A DNA stretch of 42,398 nucleotides from a virus (lineage: Duplodnaviria > Caudoviricetes). Numbering within the stretch: the stretch's first letter is position 1; every line of letters begins with the position of its first letter. Made by a program: the position numbers and the translations under genes. Below, piece by piece: positions 26,898-34,818 of the stretch. The notes beneath the pieces are model-generated. The model did no database searches, was not told the DNA's origin, and saw only the letters and a list, made by a program, of their open reading frames with translations. Location of the stretch: the IMG/VR virus record IMGVR_UViG_3300007959_000005, positions 1-42,398 of that record, one strand, 5' to 3'.

Positions 26898-27200
26898 TTA
26901 GCCCTTGGCCGGGCGCGGCCGGCGGACGCCGGGCACCACAGACAAACCGGTGGCCACGTCGATGCCGCTGGAGGTGAGGGTCGCCACCAGGCAGCCGGCC
27001 ACGTCCTTGAGCGTTACCAGCCCCTGGTCCTTGAGCCAGCTGAGCTGAGTGCGCACCTGGTCGCGGGAGAGCTTGTGGGCGAACTCCACCAGGATGGCGT
27101 GGATGATCGACTCGTTGGCGCTGTAGCCACCGGCGTCCTCTTCAAGGGCGCGCAGGATGACCAGCCGTGCGTCTTCGGTCATGAGGTCCTGGAATGCCAT
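26898..27200 (-). CDS. Mu gp26-like winged-helix protein
   Basis: RLVILRAL..GYSANES..L.WL..QGLV..G.DVA.G....PGV.RP. Confidence 0.88.
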   Translation of the reverse strand: MAFQDLMTEDARLVILRALEEDAGGYSANESIIHAILVEFAHKLSRDQVRTQLSWLKDQGLVTLKDVAGCLVATLTSSGIDVATGLSVVPGVRRPRPAKG

Positions 27201-27616
27201 TATTTCCCTCCGGTCATTAGGTGCTGTTGGATCATGTCGAGGGCGCTGCCGATCCCCTTTAAGCGCCCTTCGACGAGCCCTTCAACGTGCTCGATGTTGC
27301 CGTTCATTTTGCTGAGCTCTTTGGTCGTCTCGTCGAGTCGACGCTCGAACCCCTGATGGTACTTGCAGTCGGAGTGACGCCGCACCTGCTCGCCGAGTTC
27401 CTCCAGGTGCTTGACCATGGCCTCCTGAGTCTGCTGCGCCAGCTGCGCCTTGGTCTCGATGCCGGTAATGCGCTTGTCCTGCTCATCGAAACGGGTGGTG
27501 GTGACCGCATTGCGGTTTTTCCACCAGACGTAGAGGCCGAGAATGGCGGTGCAGACGAACTGGAAAACGTTGAAGCCAAGGATCCAGAGCTGGTAGTTGG
27601 GGGTCGGTGGCGTCAC
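27200..27616 (-). CDS. Mu gp25/DUF2730-like membrane-anchored coiled-coil protein
   Basis: GTG start overlapping the upstream TGA; N-terminal TM segment, then a coiled coil. Confidence 0.7.
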   Translation of the reverse strand: MTPPTPNYQLWILGFNVFQFVCTAILGLYVWWKNRNAVTTTRFDEQDKRITGIETKAQLAQQTQEAMVKHLEELGEQVRRHSDCKYHQGFERRLDETTKELSKMNGNIEHVEGLVEGRLKGIGSALDMIQQHLMTGGK

Positions 27617-27843
27617 ATTGGTCTCCAGTTTTCGTGTAGTGTCTGGCAGCTCACGCAGCGAGCGGCGTGGGGCATTAGCTTCAGGCGGCCGGCGGGGATC
27701 TCCTCGCCGCAGTCGACGCATTCGGTGCCCTGGTCGCCGGGCTGTCTCATGCTGTTGCGGATGCCGCGGCGGAAACATTCCGCCAGGGCGTCATGGGTGT
27801 GTTGCTCGTTGATCTCCTGGGCGCGGTCCATTTCGTCGGGCAT
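27613..27843 (-). CDS. TraR/DksA-family C4 zinc-finger protein
   Basis: MPDEMDRA (DxxDxA); CVDC..IP..R....P....CVSCQ. Confidence 0.9.
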   Translation of the reverse strand: MPDEMDRAQEINEQHTHDALAECFRRGIRNSMRQPGDQGTECVDCGEEIPAGRLKLMPHAARCVSCQTLHENWRPM

Positions 27844-27847
27844 CGGG

Positions 27848-28495
27848 TCACCAGGAGTACAGCAGGCCGGCGCCGCCGAAGAGCCCGCTGGCGGTGTTGG
27901 CCTGGCCGCGCACGGCAAGATGGGCATCCTTGATGCGCAGGAACGACCACTGGACGTCCAGCTGGGATGCCGGGGTCAGGTTGTGGTAGCCGTACCAGGC
28001 ACCCAGGCTGCCGTGGTTTTCCAGGTCGAACCAGGGAGACTCCTTCTCCGTGACGACGGGGGTGACCTCGCCTGTCTCGGTGTTGAACACGTCGACCACC
28101 TGGTAGCCGTTGTCGCTGTCGGGGAGGTCGCTGGTGGCAACCACCTGGAGGTCCTTCTGGTCGCCGGCGACCGGGGCGGGCTGAACGGGAGCACCGGCGA
28201 CCGGGGGCTGCAACCAGGGGAGTTCGAGCTTTTTGGCAACCTCGGTCTTGTCGAGGGTCTGGATCCCCTGCTGCGGGCAGGGGACGAAGACGCGCTGCAC
28301 CTTGGTCACCTCGTGGATCTCGCGGGTCCGCTTGAAGGTGGTGCTGTTGATCTCGCGGACCTGGGGCATAAAGTACTGCCAGAGGGCGCTGAAGACGGCC
28401 AGGATGAGCAGCACCAGGAGGATAGTGCGGGGCCAGTCGTAAAGGCGCCACTCGTGCCAGTCATCGACAAATTTACTGCGCAGCCTGTCCAGCAT
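27848..28495 (-). CDS. Membrane-anchored lysis-cassette protein, possible spanin
   Basis: Follows the holin; one N-terminal TM segment and an amphipathic beta-strand C-terminus ending GLLYSW. Confidence 0.5.
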   Translation of the reverse strand: MLDRLRSKFVDDWHEWRLYDWPRTILLVLLILAVFSALWQYFMPQVREINSTTFKRTREIHEVTKVQRVFVPCPQQGIQTLDKTEVAKKLELPWLQPPVAGAPVQPAPVAGDQKDLQVVATSDLPDSDNGYQVVDVFNTETGEVTPVVTEKESPWFDLENHGSLGAWYGYHNLTPASQLDVQWSFLRIKDAHLAVRGQANTASGLFGGAGLLYSW

Positions 28496-28742
28496 CGTCG
28501 CCCCCTTTGACGGTACGGTATGCCAAGATCCCCTTGCCCAGCCCGATGCCGCAGATCAGGGAGGTGCCGATCCATTCGATCAGCGTTTCCAGGCTGGCGG
28601 GAACTTCGGGCAGCTTGCCGTTTTTGACGGTAAGGTAGACCAGCAGCGCCAGCAATACCGTTACCAGCTGCATCAGCAGCAAGCGCTGAGAGCTGCCTTC
28701 CTGGGTGCCGGGTTCGTTGAGAAAAGACTTGATCCACTTCAT
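28473..28742 (-). CDS. Putative holin
   Basis: 89 aa with two TM segments, adjacent to the endolysin. Confidence 0.7.
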   Translation of the reverse strand: MKWIKSFLNEPGTQEGSSQRLLLMQLVTVLLALLVYLTVKNGKLPEVPASLETLIEWIGTSLICGIGLGKGILAYRTVKGGDDAGQAAQ

Positions 28743-28782
28743 AGGTGTCTCCTGTTATGGTTGATCGCCGGAGGTTGGCCGG

Positions 28783-29457
28783 TCAGGCCGTGGCCTCCAT
28801 GGCCTGTTTGAGCTGTGCTACTTCGCGGGCGTCCAGCTCGCCGTCGCGGGCCGCGGCTCTCACCATAGCGACGATCTCGGGGGGCTGGCCGTCGCGGGTG
28901 AGCCACGAGGTGAGGAACTGGATCTGGCTCGGGTCTTTGTGCGCCACGTCGAGCCGGTAGGCGCCGGCGACGTCCTCGGCGCGGGCCAGCAGCTCGGCGG
29001 GCGGGGTGGCGTTGATGGCCGCGATGGTCTTGGGGCCGATGCCGCCGTCGGGGGTGACGCGGGCGGCGATCTGCATCCATTTGACGCCGCGGCCGCCGCC
29101 GTTGACGATGTGGTTGTAGAGCCAGGTGGCGACGCCCTGGTCGTTCACCTGGTTGAGGCGGTTGGCGGTCCAGAAGTTGTTGAAGTAGAAGATGCGGACC
29201 AGGCTCTGCAGACCGTCGTTCTCGGCCAGCTTCTTGTTGAGCAGCTTGACCCAGAGCGAGTAACCCGGGCCGCCGTAGATCGGCTTCGGGCCCATCGCGG
29301 CCTTGCGGATCTGGTCGACGATGTCCCAGCCCTGCCAGTGCCCCCAGAATTTGCGGGCGATGCCTTTGTAGGTCTCGCCGCCGTGATCGGCAGGGTTGTT
29401 GGCCCAGCCGCCCTCGTCGCCCATCGTTGCCTGGTGCGCCGGCAGGAATTCGGACAT
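28783..29457 (-). CDS. Endolysin, glycoside hydrolase family 108 with a peptidoglycan-binding domain
   Basis: EGGWANNPADHGGETYKGI and DGGIGPKTIAAIN motifs. Confidence 0.92.
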   Translation of the reverse strand: MSEFLPAHQATMGDEGGWANNPADHGGETYKGIARKFWGHWQGWDIVDQIRKAAMGPKPIYGGPGYSLWVKLLNKKLAENDGLQSLVRIFYFNNFWTANRLNQVNDQGVATWLYNHIVNGGGRGVKWMQIAARVTPDGGIGPKTIAAINATPPAELLARAEDVAGAYRLDVAHKDPSQIQFLTSWLTRDGQPPEIVAMVRAAARDGELDAREVAQLKQAMEATA

Positions 29458-29648
29458 CGTTCACCTCGTGGTTGTGGGGGAGACCCGAAGGCCTCCCCGA
29501 TGTGTCAGGGCATGGTTGCACCTCCCGGATGAGAGGTGGCCGCCTCGGGAAAGGAGATGAACCCGAGGCGGCCGATGGTGCTGCAGGCAGAAGCATGGCA
29601 GGGTCGAATCTACAGGAAGGGACAGCGGGGTGCTTTTGAGGTTTTTCA

Positions 29649-29686
29649 ATAAAAAAGCCCCTCTCCGTGGGGGGGAGAAGGGCTTT
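29649..29686 (-). terminator. Intrinsic terminator ending the early/middle operon after mor
   Basis: Stem AAAGCCC-TCTCC/GGAGA-GGGCTTT with a T6 tract on the minus strand. Confidence 0.75.
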
Positions 29687-29725
29687 ATCCGGCACCGTTT
29701 AACTTATTTTAAAGGGGGTGTCAAT

Positions 29726-30070
29726 CTATTCTTCGAAGAGTCGCGGCTGGCGGCGCTTGAACTCGGCCACGCTGACCAGGGCGATGCGCTCGTAGACTTG
29801 ACGGGTGGTGAGGTTGAACCGCTTGCCCAGCTGGCTGTGGTTGGTGCCGTTGAATGCCTCGTACATCTCCAGGTCGCGCTTGTTGATGTCGTGAGCCAGT
29901 CCCTTGGGGAGATAGAGGTTTTCTCCGGCCCAGTCCTTGCGGATGATCTCGCAGACCTGGAACACGGCCTCGCGGGCCTGCTCGGCACTGACCTGCAGCT
30001 TGGCGGCGACGGGCTCGGCCGCCTTGTCGATCAGCTCGCGCAGGATCTCGGGATAACGCGACAGGTCCAT
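29726..30070 (-). CDS. mor: Mor/C-family transcription activator
   Basis: WAGENLYLPKG..RD..MYEAFNG.N...L...FNLT...VY. Confidence 0.92.
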   Translation of the reverse strand: MDLSRYPEILRELIDKAAEPVAAKLQVSAEQAREAVFQVCEIIRKDWAGENLYLPKGLAHDINKRDLEMYEAFNGTNHSQLGKRFNLTTRQVYERIALVSVAEFKRRQPRLFEE

Positions 30071-30073
30071 TCT

Positions 30074-30502
30074 CTACCTCCCCAGCCATTTCTTCATAGC
30101 TTCAATGACCTTTGAAGCCTGCTTTACAGAGAGCCATTCCAGCCGGGCCACCTTGGTCATCCGCTCCACGTAGGCAAGTAAGGCGCTCTCGGCGGGGTTC
30201 TTGACTTTGTCGGCCTGGTGTAGCTGGATCCAGAGGGAGCGGATCTTCTTTGACTGGTCATCGTCGGCCAGCTTGCGGGCGGTCGCCGCCTTGCGGGCAG
30301 GCTTGCGCTTTTCCCAGACACCGGCGGCCACGGCCTTTTCTTCCAGGCCCTGGATCAGCTCGTCGGCCTTGGCGTAGGTGAAGTCGCGGTCCTTGGAGCT
30401 CTTGCACCCATAGCCGGCCAGGGTGGCGCGGTAGGTATCCTCGTCGATGCCGAGGGCCGACTTGAGGATGTGGATTTTCTTTATCTGGGCTGGGGTTGCC
30501 AT
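30074..30502 (-). CDS. gemA: GemA/gp16 (DUF1018) protein
   Basis: QIKKIHI....LGIDEDTYR..L, KIRSLW and VIEAMKKW motifs. Confidence 0.9.
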   Translation of the reverse strand: MATPAQIKKIHILKSALGIDEDTYRATLAGYGCKSSKDRDFTYAKADELIQGLEEKAVAAGVWEKRKPARKAATARKLADDDQSKKIRSLWIQLHQADKVKNPAESALLAYVERMTKVARLEWLSVKQASKVIEAMKKWLGR

Positions 30503-30505
30503 GGT

Positions 30506-31765
30506 CTAGCTCTCCTTCACGGTTACTTCTGGGCCACTTGCCCGTTTCCTAAACACCTTCGTGAAACCACCGTCTACACAATGCCCCTTGCAAAGCGCCA
30601 CCCGCGCTAGCCTCACCCTGTCGTTATGGCTATGGTCCGATTGCCGCAACAGCCCGAGGTAGCTGTTCGAACTTTTCATGAGATCTTCGCCGTTTTTGGC
30701 AGAGATGGCCGTTATCGCGTTTGCAAATGTCGTCCGCCTGAGCACTCGGCGCCACGGCTTAATGATCTGCCCGACGAAGTCCACGCCGCGTTCGATGGGT
30801 TGCAGGATCGTCTTGCGCGGATTCAGGGCCAGGTGGAGACGTTCCGACACGAAGCTGCCGATCTCTTTTGCTGCACGGTTCAACCATTCCGGCGATTCGT
30901 GTAGCAGTACCATATCGTCAACGTACCGGACATAATGCCGGGCGCCGATGCGGTGCTTCACATACTGATCAACTAGGTCGAGGTAGACGTTGGCGAAAAA
31001 CTGGCTGCTCAGGTTGCCTATCGGCAGCCCCAGGTGAGGGGGCTGGTTAAATAGGCTCTTATGAGGTGGGATCAGATCCAGCAGTTCCGGCGTGCCCTTG
31101 ATACGGACGTTCTCCCGCGGGTCGTGAAAGAGGATGGCCTCGGCAAGCCACATGACCCACGGCTCTGCTATTTTCCGCGCCAGGAGGCTGTGAAGAATGT
31201 TCTTGTCGATGCTGACGAAGAAGTTGGCCATATCCAGCTTCAGGTAGTAGGCGCGGCGTGACCAGTTCCGGGTGATGCTTCTGACTTTGTGCTCCAGGCG
31301 CATCGCCCCGTAGAGAGTGCCGCGGCCCGGTATGCAGGCGCAGCTATCGGCTATGAAGGAACGATGGAAGCGGTCCGATATCCGGTTGTAGAGCAGATGG
31401 TGGACTACCCGGTCCCGGAAATCGGCCGCCCACACTTCTCGCGGCTTCGGCCTGGTGACGACGAAGCAAATGGAGGTGCCGGGCCGGTATGTTCCGGCTA
31501 TCAGTTCACGGTAGAGCTCCATGATGTTGCGCTCCAGGTTGGCCTCGAATTTAAGAGCATTGATGGTGTTGCGCTTGTGCCTACGACAGTCGTAGTAGGC
31601 ACAGAGCAACTCGTTTACCGACAAATCGGCATCGTTGTAATCTGCGGACCGCCCTGACTCCGAAATTGTTGTTCTTATTGTTGTTGTTCTGGTTGCCATT
31701 GTTGAAATTGATGTTCCATGCGTTGTTGGAGTAGGAGGCGTTGAGTCGTGCTGTTCACGTCGCAT
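30506..31765 (-). CDS. DGR reverse transcriptase (start uncertain; conserved part begins near 31624)
   Basis: KPREVWAADFRDRVVHH, LKLDMANFF, GLPIGNLSSQFFANVYL, YVRYVDD and GVDFVG motifs. Confidence 0.96.
   Translation of the reverse strand: MRREQHDSTPPTPTTHGTSISTMATRTTTIRTTISESGRSADYNDADLSVNELLCAYYDCRRHKRNTINALKFEANLERNIMELYRELIAGTYRPGTSICFVVTRPKPREVWAADFRDRVVHHLLYNRISDRFHRSFIADSCACIPGRGTLYGAMRLEHKVRSITRNWSRRAYYLKLDMANFFVSIDKNILHSLLARKIAEPWVMWLAEAILFHDPRENVRIKGTPELLDLIPPHKSLFNQPPHLGLPIGNLSSQFFANVYLDLVDQYVKHRIGARHYVRYVDDMVLLHESPEWLNRAAKEIGSFVSERLHLALNPRKTILQPIERGVDFVGQIIKPWRRVLRRTTFANAITAISAKNGEDLMKSSNSYLGLLRQSDHSHNDRVRLARVALCKGHCVDGGFTKVFRKRASGPEVTVKES
31638..31742 (-). repeat. DGR template repeat (TR), 105 nt
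   Basis: AAC/AAT-rich copy of both VRs, located between avd and the RT core. Confidence 0.96.
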
Positions 31766-31912
31766 GGCGGAAGGCTGAGCCGATCCGTCATGAAACTGCG
31801 CCGCGACCTTGCGGGAATCCTTCCCGCTAGTTTCGCTGCCGGCGCCTTACCGTGGGGACTATCCCCAGGGGCACAACCAGATTAATTCGCACGGACATAG
31901 CCGCCGTAACGG

Positions 31913-32272
31913 CTATGCAGCAGGCGACGATGCGGACCTGAGCCAACCGGTCGACTGTCTTCCGATCTGGTCGGTCAGCTCGATGGTTTGGGCAAACTGT
32001 CCGGTGGCGATCAGTTTCATATCCTTAGACAGTCTGAGCAGCAGCGTGACCACCTGGAGGCGTTCCTGCAGCTCCTCCAGGTGGGGCCGCTTATCGCGTG
32101 AGCAGTTTGCCCGATAGATCAGCACTACCAGCTCGACACATTCCTCACGCACCTTATTGCCAAGAGATTGCTTGTAGTCCCGCGGCATGTCCTTGGTGAT
32201 GCGGGTGACTACCTGCAAAAGCTCGTAGGTGACGCGATAAATAGGAAGGGTCGAAGCCAGTGCCATGATCAC
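31913..32272 (-). CDS. avd: DGR accessory variability determinant (Avd, four-helix bundle)
   Basis: LPIYR..YELL....MPRDYK.SLG..IGRQSTGW; directly upstream of TR. Confidence 0.9.
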   Translation of the reverse strand: MIMALASTLPIYRVTYELLQVVTRITKDMPRDYKQSLGNKVREECVELVVLIYRANCSRDKRPHLEELQERLQVVTLLLRLSKDMKLIATGQFAQTIELTDQIGRQSTGWLRSASSPAA

Positions 32273-32293
32273 TACCTCAAAATAGATAAAGGG

Positions 32294-32842
32294 TTAAATT
32301 TTTAATCTGCGGACCGCCCTGACTCCGAACTTGTAGAACTTATTGCCGTTGGTCTGGCCGCCACCGCTGAAAAAGATGACCCATGCGCCGTCGGAGAAGG
32401 AGGCGTACTCGGTGCTGGACCAATACCAGCAATCCTCAAAAGCTTCTGCACCGCCAGCCTTGAACAGTACCGGAGTGTTCTTCCGGTTCGGTCCCAGGCC
32501 CATCCAGATACGCATCAGTTCGTCCCGCGACGGCAGATACCAGTCGTCAAAACCCCCAATCTTGAGCGACCGACAAAACTGAGCCGCCGGATGGTTTGCG
32601 TTGTTAATGCGCTCACTGTTGGAAAGGCCATCGTCGTCATTGTCGGTGCCATCGCTGGTCCCGAGGCTTTTCTTCTTGTACTCCAGCTTCAGCTTTTCGC
32701 CCTTGGCCTTAGGTGCTACCACTAGTGCGTAACGCTCCCCATCGAGAGCAAGTTCCCCTGCAAAGAAACCGCCGGCAAACGGAAGACCAATTACGGGGAC
32801 TTCGATTACTTCTACCTTTTCTGCAAGCTGTTTTCCTGCCAT
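32294..32842 (-). CDS. DGR target protein 1, DUF1566/Lcl C-type-lectin-like fold
   Basis: GGFDDWYLPSRDEL, YWSSTE and VRAVR motifs; C-terminal VR. Confidence 0.92.
   Translation of the reverse strand: MAGKQLAEKVEVIEVPVIGLPFAGGFFAGELALDGERYALVVAPKAKGEKLKLEYKKKSLGTSDGTDNDDDGLSNSERINNANHPAAQFCRSLKIGGFDDWYLPSRDELMRIWMGLGPNRKNTPVLFKAGGAEAFEDCWYWSSTEYASFSDGAWVIFFSGGGQTNGNKFYKFGVRAVRRLKI
32303..32407 (-). repeat. DGR variable repeat VR1
   Basis: Manual alignment to TR gives 21 mismatches, 20 of them at TR adenines. Confidence 0.95.
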
Positions 32843-32871
32843 GTTCATCTCCTTTTTAAATTGGTAAATGG

Positions 32872-33420
32872 TTAAATTTTTAATCTGCGGACCGCCCTGA
32901 CTCCGAAACTGAGGTACTTATTGGTGTTGCCCTGGTAGCCACCGTTGAAATTGAAGCTCCACGCGAGGTGGGAGTAGGAGGCGTGCTCAGTGCTGGACCA
33001 ATACCATGTCGGATTGAACGCTTCTGCACCCTCTTCGTGGAAAAGATCCGGCGTGTTCTTCCGCCTCGGGCCGAGGTTACGCCACAGCATAGCCAGCTCG
33101 TCCCGCGACGGCATATACCAGTCGTCGAAGCCTCCGATTTTGAGCGACTGGCAGAACTGAGCGGCCGGGTGGTTCGCGTCGTTGATCTGCTTGCTATTGA
33201 AGAGACCATCGTCGTTGCTGTCGGTGCCGTCGGCGGTATTCCGGTCTTTTTTCTTGTACTCAAGGTTCAGCTTTTCGCCCTCGGCCTTCGGTGCCACCAC
33301 CAGGGCATAGCGTCCCCCCGCGAGAGCTAATTCCCCGGCGAAGAAACCACCGGCAAACGGCAGGCCGATTGTGGGGAGTTCGATTACGTCTAACTTTTCT
33401 GCAAGCTGTTTTTCTGCCAT
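32872..33420 (-). CDS. DGR target protein 2, paralogue of target 1
   Basis: Same motifs as target 1; AGGAG RBS and a MAEKQLAEK start parallel to MAGKQLAEK. Confidence 0.92.
   Translation of the reverse strand: MAEKQLAEKLDVIELPTIGLPFAGGFFAGELALAGGRYALVVAPKAEGEKLNLEYKKKDRNTADGTDSNDDGLFNSKQINDANHPAAQFCQSLKIGGFDDWYMPSRDELAMLWRNLGPRRKNTPDLFHEEGAEAFNPTWYWSSTEHASYSHLAWSFNFNGGYQGNTNKYLSFGVRAVRRLKI
32881..32985 (-). repeat. DGR variable repeat VR2
   Basis: Manual alignment to TR gives 17 mismatches, all at TR adenines. Confidence 0.95.
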
Positions 33421-33524
33421 GTCCATCTCCTTGAATTGCTGAAGTAACATCTTAATTCCGCCCTGGCCCGGGATAGCTGAGCGCGGGCGGTGCCCTCGTG
33501 CCCTCATCGATATCAACGACCATG

Positions 33525-33722
33525 TCACCACTCCGTTCTGCTGTGCAGGTAGTCATAGAAACCCTTTCCGACGCGGCGCTGGGTCTTGTTCTTGGGAACC
33601 TCGATCTCGAAGCCGCGCTTGACGGGTTCTGCCTTGTGATACTTACCTTTGCAGCGGCAGCTGCAGTAGAACTCCTGGTTTGTCTTCAAACGGTTGCCGC
33701 AGGGGCACACGCGGATCTTCAC
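33525..33722 (-). CDS. Small Cys-rich (Zn-finger-like) early protein
   Basis: CPCG...YCSCRC; overlapping start/stop codons. Confidence 0.55.
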   Translation of the reverse strand: MKIRVCPCGNRLKTNQEFYCSCRCKGKYHKAEPVKRGFEIEVPKNKTQRRVGKGFYDYLHSRTEW

Positions 33723-33982
33723 CTATCACCCCCTTCCCCTGCTTTCAAACAAACGGATATCACGGCTATCAAGCGCTGCATGCTGAGCGGCATGGGCCAG
33801 GGGGGCTCTACGCCCGGCATGACCTTGGTCTCGAAGTCGACGAAGCTGGGGCAGCGACCACCGGCTGCCATGAGGGCGCAGGTACGGCCCGGGGCGAGCG
33901 GCTCAAGGTGGTCCGGATGGCGGCACCATTCGTGGCCGAGCAAAAAGCCGTGGTACTTGCAGGGTTCACTCCGGCAGATCAT
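33719..33982 (-). CDS. Cys-rich hypothetical early protein
   Basis: In operon, coupled to its neighbours. Confidence 0.5.
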   Translation of the reverse strand: MICRSEPCKYHGFLLGHEWCRHPDHLEPLAPGRTCALMAAGGRCPSFVDFETKVMPGVEPPWPMPLSMQRLIAVISVCLKAGEGGDR

Positions 33983-34148
33983 GGGCTTTTACTTGCTGAT
34001 CGCGGTCGACCTTCTCCAGGGCGGCATTGAGAAGGAACAGCGAGACGTTGCCGTTGCTGCCCAAGTGCTCCAGGATCTTGTCGCGCTCATCGTCGCCGAC
34101 ACGTAGGGACATGACGTGATAGCGGGGATTTTCTTTGGCTCGGCCCAC
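33966..34148 (-). CDS. Ribbon-helix-helix repressor, Geobacter HgtR-like
   Basis: MGRAKENPRYHVMSLRVGDDERD..NVSLFLLNAALE; AGGAGG RBS before a GTG start. Confidence 0.7.
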   Translation of the reverse strand: MGRAKENPRYHVMSLRVGDDERDKILEHLGSNGNVSLFLLNAALEKVDRDQQVKAHDLPE

Positions 34149-34150
34149 GG

Positions 34151-34228
34151 CTACCTCCTGGCCAACCAGGCAATGAAGGCCCAGCCGAAAAGGTCGATTA
34201 CGACGGTGAAGGTGAGAATTTCGATCAT
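34151..34228 (-). CDS. 25-aa membrane peptide MIEILTFTVVIDLFGWAFIAWLARR
   Basis: GGAGA RBS; fills the operon gap; below the ORF-track cutoff. Confidence 0.45.
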   Translation of the reverse strand: MIEILTFTVVIDLFGWAFIAWLARR

Positions 34229-34310
34229 GGTTGATCTCCGTTATTTGGCTGCATCATCAGGCCCCGGTAGCCACGCCAGGACGACAGGGCCTAAGCCCTG
34301 TTTCGCAGGG

Positions 34311-34818
34311 TCATGCCGCGGTGTCGAAGGTACGGTCGAGGCGATAAAGGATCTCGGCGGCCAGGGTACGGCGATTGGAGTAGGCCGAGGTCTGCAACTG
34401 CGATAGGAGCTGCTCGTCGCGCGAGTCGAAGATGATCTCGCCCAGGCTGAGCTCGGCTGCCGAGGCAAGTTCCAGAGCCCTGGTCTGCACGATGGGATCG
34501 CTTGCCGGCATGGCGGCTGCAGGGGGGGGGAGACAAGTCGGGTCCCTGCTCCAGGGCCTGGGCAGCCGCCGGGGCCGCAGCTGCTGCGCCGGTTTCTTCC
34601 TCCTCCGGCAGGTGGGCAAACTTTTTGGTTTCGTTTGCCTGCTCGAACATTCGGTTGTGCACATGACAACGATGGTTCTTGACCTGGTGCTTTGTGCATC
34701 CCTCCTCGATACATTCGTACTTTTTAGCCACGGTGTTTTCCTCCGGCACGGTCAAGAACTCAGAACCGCGCATCATTCGTTGTCGTAAGAGTTCAGGGTT
34801 GAGATGTTCCATGGTCAA
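34311..34818 (-). pseudogene. Early gene split by a frameshift at a C9 tract; C-terminal Arc-like RHH segment
   Basis: The N-terminal frame ends ...PDLSPPP at the G9 run 34522-34530. Removing one base continues into AAAMPASD...LLSQLQTSAYSNRRTLAAEILYRL. Confidence 0.65.

Noticed and set aside
25653-28510. 567-aa and 407-aa + strand ORFs
   Set aside because: Antisense to the terminase and lysis genes.
30506-31765. RT interpreted as a group II intron, retron or Abi RT
   Set aside because: The adjacent avd, TR and A-specific VRs define a DGR; no maturase or endonuclease extension is present.
31638-32985. Three repeated GGAGTCAGGGCGGTCCGCAGATTA segments interpreted as a CRISPR array
   Set aside because: They are the invariant 3' ends of TR, VR1 and VR2, hundreds of bases apart, and there are no cas genes.
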